From positions 18,947 to 82,946 of the forward strand of contig CAKUWO010000001.1 of assembly GCA_934699415.1 (NCBI GenBank): DNA of 64,000 nucleotides. Direction: 5' to 3'. The notes beneath the pieces were generated by a model. That model saw only the letters and a program-made list of their open reading frames with translations, was not told the origin of the DNA and did not search any database. A program made the translations under genes and the position numbers. The stretch is from an uncultured Erysipelotrichaceae bacterium (GTDB lineage Bacteria; Bacillota_I; Bacilli_A; Erysipelotrichales; Erysipelotrichaceae). Below are positions 1 through 8,457 of this stretch, piece by piece; the stretch's first letter is position 1; every line of letters starts with the position of its first letter.

Positions 1-193
1 GATCTTATCTATATCCCCATATATATAATTTGCATTTATATATATTCGGCGACTTTACCTTTCAAACAGTTCATTGCTCGCCAGCTCCCTGTTTTACTAT
101 TTATTGTCGCAACCTCTATACAGTTAGTTTTTACACTCTCAGTTTATGATGAATTTAAAATTCCGTCAACTTTGAATTGTTTTTATAAAAATA

Positions 194-222
194 TTGTAAT
201 TTGATTTCTAAAGTGTTATATT
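194..222 (+). promoter_or_regulatory. candidate SigA-type promoter for tRNA-Arg
   Basis: TTGTAA (194-199), 17-nt spacer, TATATT (217-222), with TG at 214-215 (extended -10). It ends 11 nt before the tRNA 5' end. Confidence 0.4.
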
Positions 223-233
223 ATTAGAGCAAT

Positions 234-310
234 GTCCTTGTAGCTCAGCTGGATAGAGCATCCGCCTCCTAAGCGGAAGGTCGTGGGTTCGAGTCCCTCC
301 GAGGACGCCA
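234..310 (+). tRNA. tRNA-Arg (anticodon CCT)
   Basis: Hand-folded cloverleaf. Acceptor GTCCTTG/CGAGGAC, D arm GCTC/GAGC, anticodon stem TCCGC/GCGGA, loop CTCCTAA. T loop TTCGAGT and encoded CCA. One U50-U64 mismatch in the T stem. Confidence 0.9.
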
Positions 311-320
311 TTTGCTATTA

Positions 321-346
321 AAGCGCTAATTATAGCGCTTTTTTTC
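321..346 (+). terminator. rho-independent terminator after tRNA-Arg
   Basis: Stem AAGCGCTA (321-328) / TAGCGCTT (333-340), followed by a T run. Confidence 0.6.
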
Positions 347-370
347 TATTTATAATACTTAAAATTAATG

Positions 371-400
371 AAAAAAGCGGATATATAATATCCGCCTTTT
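371..400. terminator. bidirectional hairpin terminator (ends the ADI cluster on the minus strand)
   Basis: Stem GCGGATA (377-383) / TATCCGC (389-395). A6 on the left gives a minus-strand T tract; T4 lies on the right. It sits 23 nt downstream of the stop at 423. Confidence 0.6.
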
Positions 401-422
401 CCTAAGATTTATAACAATGGAA

Positions 423-1877
423 TTAGAAGAACATCATGCATACGGTTAAGATAACACCGCAAACAACACCAAGGATAACTAAGAGTTTACTTACCCATTT
501 AAGATATACTTCGTAAGGAATTCTAGCTAATGCAAGACCACCCATGATGAAACCGCAAGTTGGAGTGAAGAGGTTTACGAAACCATTTGCAGTAACGTTA
601 ATCATGATAGAAGTTTCAACTGACCATCCCATACCTGCAACGATTGGAGATACGATTGGAGCTGAAAGTCCTGCGAGACCTGATGATGATGGAACTAAGA
701 ATGATAAACCGATGTGGAGGAGGTAATCGAGGAATCCGAACATACCAGCTGATACACCAGCCTGAGTTAATCCATTAACTGAAGCCTGAACGAGGTAATC
801 ACCGAATCCAGTTTCAGCCATGATAACAGATGTAGCACGTGCTAAAGCGATAACAAGGTTAACAGAAATCATATCTGCGAAACCAGCTGTAACTACAGAA
901 GCCATATTTGAACGATCTTCCATACCGATGAAGCCGATAAGGATACCAACGAGTAAGAACCAAGTAGCAGCATCATCGAACCACCAGTCACCGAAGCTAG
1001 CGCCTGTGAGGAATGATGAGAATCCGAAGAATTCATAAGCAGATTCTGATAAGCTTCCCCAAGGGATGAAACCAAGAATCATAACTACGAATGTGATAGC
1101 GAAGATAACAAGAACGAGTTTCTGTTTTCCAGTTAATGTAGGATTTTCTTCAATTTCAGTTGCTTTACCGTAAGCAGCTTTGCATGTGTCGAGCTGTTCA
1201 CTAGTGAAAATAGAACCATTTTTGTTCATAACTTTCTTAGCATAGCTCATTACATAGACGATAGAAATGATTAAAGCTACAAGCCAGATAACGATACCGA
1301 TGAGGTATACAGTACCCATGTTAACTTCAACACCAGCAGATGTAGCAGCATCAACTGCAGCACCAGTAGCAAATGGGTTGATTGTTGATCCAAGAACACC
1401 AGTTCCTGCACCAAGAAGAACAACAGCAGCACCTACTAATGGGTCCATACCAGCAGCAGTCATAGTAGCAGCGAGAAGAATGTAGAAACCTACAGTTTCT
1501 TCACCCATACCGTATGTTGTACCACCGATAGAGAATAATGTCATTAATACAGGGATAAGAGCTGTTTCTTTGCCATGGAGTTTCTTAACGAGAACATGGA
1601 TGCCCTTTTCAAGAGCGCCAGTAGCGTTAACAAGTGCAAGGAAGGCACCAAGGCAGAATACGAAACCAATAACGTCTGATGCATCATGATAACCAGCAAC
1701 TGGTGCCATGATAATCTGTGAGAGAGTAGCACCTACTACTTCAACAGCTTCACCAGCTTCGTTGACGTAGGATTTGCCATTCATGAAGATTGTTACGAGT
1801 GAAACGACAGCTAAGACAATGAGGAGAATGGAGAAAGTGCCCAAACTCTTCCTGCTTTTCTTTTTGACTTCAGTCAT
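423..1877 (-). CDS. arcD: YfcC/DcuC-type polytopic carrier; putative arginine/ornithine antiporter of the ADI cluster
   Basis: 484-aa multi-TM protein with the YfcC ('C4-dicarboxylate anaerobic carrier' / basic amino acid antiporter) look. SD AAGGAG lies 7 nt upstream of the ATG. It is the last gene after arcA-arcB-arcC. Confidence 0.7.
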   Translation of the reverse strand: MTEVKKKSRKSLGTFSILLIVLAVVSLVTIFMNGKSYVNEAGEAVEVVGATLSQIIMAPVAGYHDASDVIGFVFCLGAFLALVNATGALEKGIHVLVKKLHGKETALIPVLMTLFSIGGTTYGMGEETVGFYILLAATMTAAGMDPLVGAAVVLLGAGTGVLGSTINPFATGAAVDAATSAGVEVNMGTVYLIGIVIWLVALIISIVYVMSYAKKVMNKNGSIFTSEQLDTCKAAYGKATEIEENPTLTGKQKLVLVIFAITFVVMILGFIPWGSLSESAYEFFGFSSFLTGASFGDWWFDDAATWFLLVGILIGFIGMEDRSNMASVVTAGFADMISVNLVIALARATSVIMAETGFGDYLVQASVNGLTQAGVSAGMFGFLDYLLHIGLSFLVPSSSGLAGLSAPIVSPIVAGMGWSVETSIMINVTANGFVNLFTPTCGFIMGGLALARIPYEVYLKWVSKLLVILGVVCGVILTVCMMFF

Positions 1878-1906
1878 AATAGGCTCCTTTTTATTAATAA
1901 GACGAG

Positions 1907-1940
1907 ATAAACCCTATAAGAGACTTCTCATAGGGTTTAT
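1907..1940 (-). other. intercistronic stem-loop between arcC and the carrier gene
   Basis: Perfect 11-bp arms ATAAACCCTAT (1907-1917) / ATAGGGTTTAT (1930-1940). There is no clean T tract on the minus strand. Confidence 0.35.
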
Positions 1941-1951
1941 ATCTCTTATTT

Positions 1952-2887
1952 TTAACGTGTGATAATAGTACCAGTATTTCCTCTGAGAGCTTCTTTAGCC
2001 TTCTGGAGGGAAGTAATTAATGCAGTACCATTTTCTGTTGCTTTAACATATTCGATGCATGATTCAACTTTTGGAAGCATTGAACCAGGAGCGAATTGCC
2101 CTTGAGCAATATATTCATTAGCTTCTTCAATAGACATTGAACGTACTTCTTTCTGATCAGGTTTATTGAAGTTAATACAAACTGTTTCAACAGCTGTTAA
2201 GATTACAAGCATATCTGCCTTTAAATCGAGAGCAAGACGTGCAGAAGCGCGGTCTTTATCGATAACTGCAGCTACACCTTCATAACCTTCTTCACTTTCA
2301 ACGACAGGGATACCGCCGCCGCCTACTGTGATTACCACGTTATGATTATCTACAAGCTGTTCTACGAAAGGAAGTTCTACAATCTTTGTTGGGATTGGAG
2401 AAGGGACAACACGACGATAGCCACGGCCAGCATCTTCAACGAAAGTGTAGCCCTTTTCTGCAACGATCTTGTCAGCTTCTTCTTTTGTATAGAACATTCC
2501 TACTGGCTTTGTAGGATGAGAGAAAGCAGGGTCGTTCTTATCAACAACAGTCTGAGTAATAACTGCAGCACATGGTTTGTCGATATTACGTTTCTTAAGT
2601 TCTCTCTGGATAGCCTGCTGGAGATGATAACCAATATAACCCTGAGTCATAGCTCCGCATTCAGGGAATGGCATTGCAGGTGTACCTGCACCATTTAATG
2701 CTGCGAAGTCAAATGCAAGGTTAACCATACCAACTTGTGGTCCGTTACCATGTCCAACTACTACGTCGTAACCCTCTTCCACTAAATCAACAATAGTGGA
2801 AGCGGTTTGACGTACTAAGGAAAGCTGTTCTTCAGGAGTTTTTCCTAAAGCGTTACCGCCTAATGCGATTACAAGTTTCTTTCCCAT
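1952..2887 (-). CDS. arcC: carbamate kinase
   Basis: 311 aa. N-terminal MGKKLVIALGGNALG amino-acid-kinase signature. Length and position in the ADI cluster fit. Confidence 0.92.
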   Translation of the reverse strand: MGKKLVIALGGNALGKTPEEQLSLVRQTASTIVDLVEEGYDVVVGHGNGPQVGMVNLAFDFAALNGAGTPAMPFPECGAMTQGYIGYHLQQAIQRELKKRNIDKPCAAVITQTVVDKNDPAFSHPTKPVGMFYTKEEADKIVAEKGYTFVEDAGRGYRRVVPSPIPTKIVELPFVEQLVDNHNVVITVGGGGIPVVESEEGYEGVAAVIDKDRASARLALDLKADMLVILTAVETVCINFNKPDQKEVRSMSIEEANEYIAQGQFAPGSMLPKVESCIEYVKATENGTALITSLQKAKEALRGNTGTIITR

Positions 2888-2892
2888 ATTTA

Positions 2893-3885
2893 TTATTTCA
2901 GAGTTGCATACATAACAGCTTTAATTGTATGCATACGGTTCTCTGCCTCGTCGAAGCAACGGCTCTGTGGACCATAGATTACATCATTTGTAACTTCCAT
3001 AGATTCTAAGCCATATTTTTGATAAATGTCTTCACCGATGATAGTGTTACGATCATGGAATGATGGTAAGCAGTGTAAGAAGATAGCTGTAGGTTTAGCT
3101 AAAGCCATAACTTCCTTATTTACCTGGTAAGGGCTGAGTAAAGCGATACGCTGTGCCCAGATTTCATCAGGTTCACCCATTGATACCCAAATATCTGTGT
3201 AGAGGATATCTGCATCAGTAGCAGCAGCCTTTACATCTTCTGTGAGTTCAATAGTAGCATGAGTTACTTCAGCGATTTCTTTGCACTGAGCAACGAGTTC
3301 TTCAGTTGGCATTAATTCTTTTGGACCACATGCAACGAAATGCATACCGAGCTTAGCGCAAACGATCATTAAGGAGTTTGCAACGTTGTTACGAGCATCA
3401 CCGAAGAATACTAACTTTCTTCCACGTAAATCTCCGAATTCTTCTTTGCATGTGAGCATATCAGCAAGCATCTGTGTTGGGTGGAACTTGTCTGTTAAAC
3501 CGTTCCATACAGGTACACCTGCGTTAGCAGCTAATTCTTCAACAAGGCTTTGTTTGAATCCACGATATTCAATACCATCATACATTCTGCCTAATACTAA
3601 GGCTGTATCTTTGATTGATTCTTTCTTGCCCATTTGTGAAGAACCTGGATCGAGGTAAGTAACACCCATGCCTAAGTCCATTCCGCCTACTTCGAAAGCA
3701 CAACGTGTACGTGTTGATGTCTTTTCGAAAAGAAGAACAATATTTTTGCCTTCGAGATAACGGTGTGGTACACCATTTCTCTTCATGCGTTTGAATTCAG
3801 CAGATAATTCTAATAAATAGTTAATTTCTGCTGGTGTGTAGTCTAATAAAGTTAAGAAACTTCTTCCTCTAACGTTAACTCCCAC
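2893..3885 (-). CDS. arcB: ornithine carbamoyltransferase (catabolic context)
   Basis: 330 aa with STRTR, HPTQ and HCLP motifs. It lies between arcA and arcC. Confidence 0.93.
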   Translation of the reverse strand: MGVNVRGRSFLTLLDYTPAEINYLLELSAEFKRMKRNGVPHRYLEGKNIVLLFEKTSTRTRCAFEVGGMDLGMGVTYLDPGSSQMGKKESIKDTALVLGRMYDGIEYRGFKQSLVEELAANAGVPVWNGLTDKFHPTQMLADMLTCKEEFGDLRGRKLVFFGDARNNVANSLMIVCAKLGMHFVACGPKELMPTEELVAQCKEIAEVTHATIELTEDVKAAATDADILYTDIWVSMGEPDEIWAQRIALLSPYQVNKEVMALAKPTAIFLHCLPSFHDRNTIIGEDIYQKYGLESMEVTNDVIYGPQSRCFDEAENRMHTIKAVMYATLK

Positions 3886-3920
3886 TGTTTTAATCTCCTT
3901 CTAAAAATTATATTTGTGAA

Positions 3921-5147
3921 TTAGTCTTCACGGATTAATGGCATAGACATGCAACGTGGGCCACCGCGACCTCTTGAGAGTTCAGCACTTGGCATTGTTA
4001 ATACTGTTAAGCCATATTCGCGTAATACTGCGTTGGTTACGTCGTTTCTTTCATAGCAAACGATTACACCTGGAGCGATACATAATGTATTAGAACCATC
4101 GTTCCACTGTTCACGATCAGCTGCGATTGGGTCGCCACCACCGCATTGAATTAATGTAACTTTTTCAAGACCTAAAGCTTCAGCTAATACTTTCTCGAGT
4201 TCAGTTTCCATCTTTTCAACTTTTAATGTGTCTGGTTTTTCACCCTTAGTAATCTTGAATACTTCTAATGGTCCTAAGATACCTGGATGGATAGTGAATT
4301 TGTCAACATCGATCTGTGTGAATACTGTGTCTAAGTGCATGAATGCTCTTGATACTGGGATGTTGAAAGCTAAGATTGTTTCGATCTTGCATTCTGGGTT
4401 AGCGAATACTTTATGAGCGAATAAATCGATAGCATCTGGTTCAGTACGCTGAGAGATACCGATAGCTAATGTTGTTTCGTTTAAGTTGAGGATATCGCCA
4501 CCTTCGATGTGGAATGGATCATATCTGTCATACCATTTGTTTACTAATCCCTTGAAATCTGGATGATAGTCAAATACGTATTCAGCATAGATTGTTTCAC
4601 GGTTACGTGTTTCAGAATACATCTTGTTTAAAGAAACGCCATCACCTACTGATCCGAATGGGTCACGTGTGAAGTATAAGTTAGGCATTGGTTTAACAAG
4701 CATCTTGTTTCCACCGTCTACTAAGTCAATTAAAGAAGCATTAGGGTCGAAGTCGATTTCTGTTAAGTTAACGCCTTCCATTGTCTTTAATACTAATTCT
4801 TTATTGTCTTTGATTGAGTTGTAGAAGTTGAATAATAAATCATGCCAGTGCTGAGTTTTGATTCCTGCTTCACCGATGAACTGATGTAAGAATTTTTCTC
4901 TTACTGCTGGATCAGCATCGAATACTTCAGCTACTAAATCTTCGAGATAAACAACTTCGCATCCATTTTCTCTTAAGATATTAGCGAAAGCATCATGTTC
5001 TTCCTGAGCAACTTTTAAGAATGGGATATCATCGAATAATAATTCCTGGAGTGTATCTGGTGTGAGGTTGAGTAATTCTTTACCTGGTCTGTGAAGTAAA
5101 ACCTTCTTTAAAGGTTTAATTTCACTTGTTACATGAATTCCTTTCAT
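3921..5147 (-). CDS. arcA: arginine deiminase
   Basis: FTRDP motif and C-terminal catalytic Cys context GGPRCMSMPL. I moved the start to ATG 5147 (MKGIHVT), which has GAAAGGAAG about 9 nt upstream. The ORF-track start at 5180 is a TTG with no SD. Confidence 0.92.
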   Translation of the reverse strand: MKGIHVTSEIKPLKKVLLHRPGKELLNLTPDTLQELLFDDIPFLKVAQEEHDAFANILRENGCEVVYLEDLVAEVFDADPAVREKFLHQFIGEAGIKTQHWHDLLFNFYNSIKDNKELVLKTMEGVNLTEIDFDPNASLIDLVDGGNKMLVKPMPNLYFTRDPFGSVGDGVSLNKMYSETRNRETIYAEYVFDYHPDFKGLVNKWYDRYDPFHIEGGDILNLNETTLAIGISQRTEPDAIDLFAHKVFANPECKIETILAFNIPVSRAFMHLDTVFTQIDVDKFTIHPGILGPLEVFKITKGEKPDTLKVEKMETELEKVLAEALGLEKVTLIQCGGGDPIAADREQWNDGSNTLCIAPGVIVCYERNDVTNAVLREYGLTVLTMPSAELSRGRGGPRCMSMPLIRED

Positions 5148-5282
5148 TGTAAATGTCTTCCTTTCAATTTTTATTTTCAAGGTACGGTCGGCCGCTACCG
5201 TTCCTTGCTTTACACTTATATCTTACTTGCTGAGTGAAGATGACAAAGGACATTTACTTACCTTTTTGTTGTAAAAAGAAGA

Positions 5283-5307
5283 AGAGGCTAAAAAAGCCTC
5301 TATTTTT
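5283..5307. terminator. hairpin terminator/insulator upstream of the arcA promoter region
   Basis: Stem AGAGGCT (5283-5289) / AGCCTCT (5295-5301) with an A5 loop. T-rich tracts follow on both strands. Confidence 0.45.
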
Positions 5308-5508
5308 GTATTTTAAATATATGATTATGCTTCCTTATTATATACATATCATTTTTAGACTAATTTTTTCTTACATATTTATTATTTGTAAGATTTTTTT
5401 AAATTCCTAAAACATATAAAAATGACTATTCTTAATGATTTATTGATAAATAATAAAAGGCTTTTATTATTTAGTTTTTGAAAATCTAAAATAAGAAAGC
5501 CATAAAAA

Positions 5509-5534
5509 ATAAAAAACCCATTCAGATGAATGAG
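5509..5534 (-). terminator. terminator of the tRNA Asn-Glu-Lys transcript
   Basis: Stem CCCATTC / GAATGAG with one mismatch. The preceding A6 on the plus strand gives T6 after the hairpin on the minus strand. It lies 17 nt downstream of tRNA-Lys. Confidence 0.5.
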
Positions 5535-5550
5535 CCTCTATACCCTCGGA

Positions 5551-5626
5551 TGGTGACCCCCGAGGGATTCGAACCCTCGACCCACTGATTAAGAGTCAGT
5601 TGCTCTGCCAGCTGAGCTAGGGAGTC
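5551..5626 (-). tRNA. tRNA-Lys (anticodon CTT)
   Basis: The reverse complement folds as GACTCCC..GGGGGTC-A-CCA. Anticodon stem ACTGA/TCAGT, loop CTCTTAA. T arm GAGGG-TTCGAAT-CCCTC. 76 nt. Confidence 0.9.
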
Positions 5627-5635
5627 AAAACAAAA

Positions 5636-5712
5636 TGGTGACCTGTACGGGATTCGAACCCATGAATGCCGCCGTGAAAGGGCGGTGTGTTAAGCCACTT
5701 CACCAACAGGCC
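5636..5712 (-). tRNA. tRNA-Glu (anticodon TTC)
   Basis: Reverse complement GGCCTGT..ACAGGTC-A-CCA. Anticodon stem CCGCC/GGCGG, loop CTTTCAC. 3-bp D stem typical of tRNA-Glu. 77 nt. Confidence 0.9.
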
Positions 5713-5719
5713 ACTACAG

Positions 5720-5795
5720 TGGCGCCTGAAACAGGACTCGAACCTGTGACCATTCGGTTAACAGCCGAGCGCTCTACCGACTGAGCTATTCAGGC
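5720..5795 (-). tRNA. tRNA-Asn (anticodon GTT)
   Basis: Reverse complement GCCTGAA..TTCAGGC-G-CCA. Anticodon loop CTGTTAA. T arm ACAGG-TTCGAGT-CCTGT. 76 nt. Confidence 0.9.
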
Positions 5796-5806
5796 ACTGC
5801 TCTAAT

Positions 5807-5835
5807 AATATAGCATGACCAAATTATTTTGACAA
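5807..5835 (-). promoter_or_regulatory. promoter of the tRNA Asn-Glu-Lys cluster
   Basis: Minus strand reads TTGTCA (5835-5830), 17-nt spacer, TATATT (5812-5807), with TGc immediately upstream (extended -10). It is 11 nt from the tRNA-Asn 5' end. Confidence 0.6.
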
Positions 5836-6290
5836 TACTTTTTTTAAATTTTTTTATAAAATTTTATTTATTTTTTAATATGCCTTTTAAAGCCTTTGCT
5901 TATCAATAGATTTCATTTTTTATCTTTTATAAAATTAAATTAAATTTCTTTTTACCACTTTTATTATTAATTTAATTCTAAATTAAATTATCAGTCTTTA
6001 TTATATCTAATACGATTATTAGCTTTTTCAGTTGAAGTTAAAGGCCATTCTTGTTTTCTATTTTTCATCTATATCTTTGCCAATTAAAGGTAATAACTGC
6101 CTGTATAAGTCTTTGTTATTTATGACATCTTCATTACGCATATTTAAAAATATACATCTACACTTCATATATCGAATACAAATAAAACCATAAGGTTTTT
6201 GATACACAATTATTGACTGGCATGTTGAAAACGTTTTTCAAGTTGTTTAAATTGTAAAAGTAATAAATCAAGACCGTATGAGGTGATAGT

Positions 6291-6761
6291 ATGCAGGAAA
6301 GTGGAAAGATATTAGAATCATTAAATTTAGAATTTAGATATATTGAACATGAACCTGTTTTGGATTATGAGGCCGCTACTAGAGTGGATAAAGAGTTTAA
6401 TCTAACAGGTCAAGAGTCAAAATGTTTGTTCATTAAGACTAAATCTAACAAGTTTTATTCTTTCATTACTTATGAAGGAGTTATTTTTGATCGTAAATTT
6501 TTTAAAGAACTGTTAGGTGAAAAAACTAGTATTGCTACCAGAGAAGAACTTATGAATATTACAGGGTATGAGGCAGGTTGTGCTGCACCTTTTCCTTATC
6601 CTAAAGAAGTAGGTTATATTGTGGACAATAGAATCTTTAATTTTGATAAATATATTTGTAGTGCTGGTATTCCTACTGAGAGTTTTGAGATGCCAACTAG
6701 CAATTTGAAAGAAGTATATAAGCATGTAGATAATGAAGTTATCTACATTGATATTCAATGA
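6291..6761 (+). CDS. YbaK/ProX-type aminoacyl-tRNA editing (deacylase) domain protein
   Basis: 156 aa with the family pattern K-C-L-F-I-K ... TGYEAGCAAPFPY ... single-domain length. SD GAGGTGA lies upstream of the ATG. Confidence 0.65.
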   Translation: MQESGKILESLNLEFRYIEHEPVLDYEAATRVDKEFNLTGQESKCLFIKTKSNKFYSFITYEGVIFDRKFFKELLGEKTSIATREELMNITGYEAGCAAPFPYPKEVGYIVDNRIFNFDKYICSAGIPTESFEMPTSNLKEVYKHVDNEVIYIDIQ

Positions 6762-6973
6762 TTACACAAGAAAAGTAATTAAATGATAATGTGCAAGAGA
6801 TTAAGCCAATATAGCTTATCTACTTGTGCATTTTTAATAATTATAGTTTTTGCAAGGTTGACACATTATCAAAAAGAATTGCTAATTATTAAACTTCTTA
6901 TTTTTTAATTAAATTATTTCTTATGTTTTATATATTGATTAGATTTTTTGAAACAATTTTAATTTAAAAGATA

Positions 6974-7006
6974 TAAATAAAAAGAAGTCAAAATAATTGA
7001 CCTCTT
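6974..7006 (-). terminator. rho-independent terminator after the BI-1-like gene
   Basis: Minus-strand stem AGAGGTCAA/TTGACTTCT (one G-U pair), followed by TTTTATTT. Confidence 0.6.
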
Positions 7007-7029
7007 TAATCATATTTAATTTAATATTT

Positions 7030-7731
7030 TTAATTATCATCTCTTTGTCTACCGAATATTTGTAATATACGAATAAAGATATTAACAAAGTCTAAATAAA
7101 GTTGAAAACTACCAGCAACCAATAGTTTTTCGCTCATTTCTTGATCGTTCATACTTTCGATATATAAAAGACGCAATCTTTGAACATCAAAAGCAGTAAT
7201 ACCTGCAAATAATACTAAGCCAATATATGCCATAAGCATATCTAAAGTATTAGAATGAATAAACAAAAGATTGATTAATGTTACAACAACAATCGCTAAA
7301 ACACCTGCGAATAAATAGAAAGAAAACTTTGTTAAATCACAATTTGTAAAATGACCAGCTATTGCCATAATCGCAAAAAGAATCAATGAGGCAATAATTG
7401 CAAAAAGAATACTGCTTCCTTCATATAGAAGCGGTAAAGCTGAAAGCGATACTCCCATTAAACATGAATAAGCAATTAGGCATCCCCAACAAGCCATTGG
7501 CGATAATTTAGTTATAAATGGTGAAAGACACCAAGATAGACCTAATTGGATGATAATGATGGCATATGGATGCATGATATAGAACAAAGCATTACCAGTC
7601 ATATTCATTAAAGTAGCTGATATTAATGTCAATAATAGACATGCAAAGACGGTCACAAATACTTTACTTAAATATGTATTAAATGATGTTTTAGAACCAT
7701 TACTTGTTTCTTGATTTCTGAAGTTTTCCAT
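7030..7731 (-). CDS. BAX inhibitor-1/YccA family membrane protein
   Basis: 233 aa, 7 hydrophobic segments. C-terminal motif FQLYLDFVNIFIRILQIFG is typical of the family. Confidence 0.8.
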   Translation of the reverse strand: MENFRNQETSNGSKTSFNTYLSKVFVTVFACLLLTLISATLMNMTGNALFYIMHPYAIIIIQLGLSWCLSPFITKLSPMACWGCLIAYSCLMGVSLSALPLLYEGSSILFAIIASLILFAIMAIAGHFTNCDLTKFSFYLFAGVLAIVVVTLINLLFIHSNTLDMLMAYIGLVLFAGITAFDVQRLRLLYIESMNDQEMSEKLLVAGSFQLYLDFVNIFIRILQIFGRQRDDN

Positions 7732-7764
7732 AAAATGAACCCTCCTTTAAGCTAATTATAGCTT

Positions 7765-8457
7765 TTATTCATTGATAAGCGAAAGAAAGATAACCTCGGC
7801 AATTTTTAAACCAATAGTTCCTACAGGAAATATAAATGAGCCAAGCGCATCACTATTACTTTGTTCTAAAGGAACACTGTCACAATAAACAACTTTAACT
7901 TTATGGGCATCAAATCCCTTTTTACGACATAACAATCTAAAATTACGGGCCAAGGGATCATTACGGGTTTTATCTAATGTTGTATATGCAATGCCATTTG
8001 ATGATATTCTTCGCGCAGCGCCCATTGATGAGATTACCTTAATTCCCATCTTCTTTCCTAACATATTAATGTGAAACTTAGCTGATAAATTATCCATGCA
8101 GTCAGCGATATAGTCATATTTATCTTTTAATTGATAATTTTCATCAACAAATACTTGTTCAGTAATAACTTTAACATCGCTTATTATTTCGAGTCTTTTT
8201 TTTAATACTTCAACTTTAGCTTTTCCAATATTATTTTTATTACTCATGATTTGACGATTTAAATTAGAAATATCAATATTGTCAAAATCAACAAGCGTTA
8301 ATTCGCCAACTCCAGTTCTCGCTAAAGCTTCAGCGACAAAAGAGCCAACACCACCAGTTCCACAAATTAATACTTTTTTATTTTTTAATGAATTAACTTT
8401 TTCATCACCAATCAAAAAAGCTTCACGACTTAATTTTGCATCAACCATTCTTGACAC
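7765..8457 (-). CDS. tcdA: tRNA threonylcarbamoyladenosine dehydratase (ThiF/E1-like)
   Basis: LICGTGGVGSFVAEALARTGVGELTLVDFDNIDISNLNRQ Rossmann/E1 motif. 230 aa. The start may instead be the ATG at 8448. Confidence 0.8.
   Translation of the reverse strand: MSRMVDAKLSREAFLIGDEKVNSLKNKKVLICGTGGVGSFVAEALARTGVGELTLVDFDNIDISNLNRQIMSNKNNIGKAKVEVLKKRLEIISDVKVITEQVFVDENYQLKDKYDYIADCMDNLSAKFHINMLGKKMGIKVISSMGAARRISSNGIAYTTLDKTRNDPLARNFRLLCRKKGFDAHKVKVVYCDSVPLEQSNSDALGSFIFPVGTIGLKIAEVIFLSLINE

Noticed and set aside
5239-5319. 26-aa plus-strand ORF (MTKDIYLPFCCKKKKRLKKPLFLYFK) antisense to the arcA leader.
   Set aside because: It has no convincing SD. It runs through a terminator hairpin, and its composition is dictated by the A/T tracts. 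It is most likely spurious.
234-5835. ADI cluster as a tRNA-targeted integrative island.
   Set aside because: There is no integrase or recombinase gene. I found no direct repeat of the tRNA-Arg 3' end at the far boundary. Only compositional deviation remains, which codon bias of a highly expressed operon can also explain.
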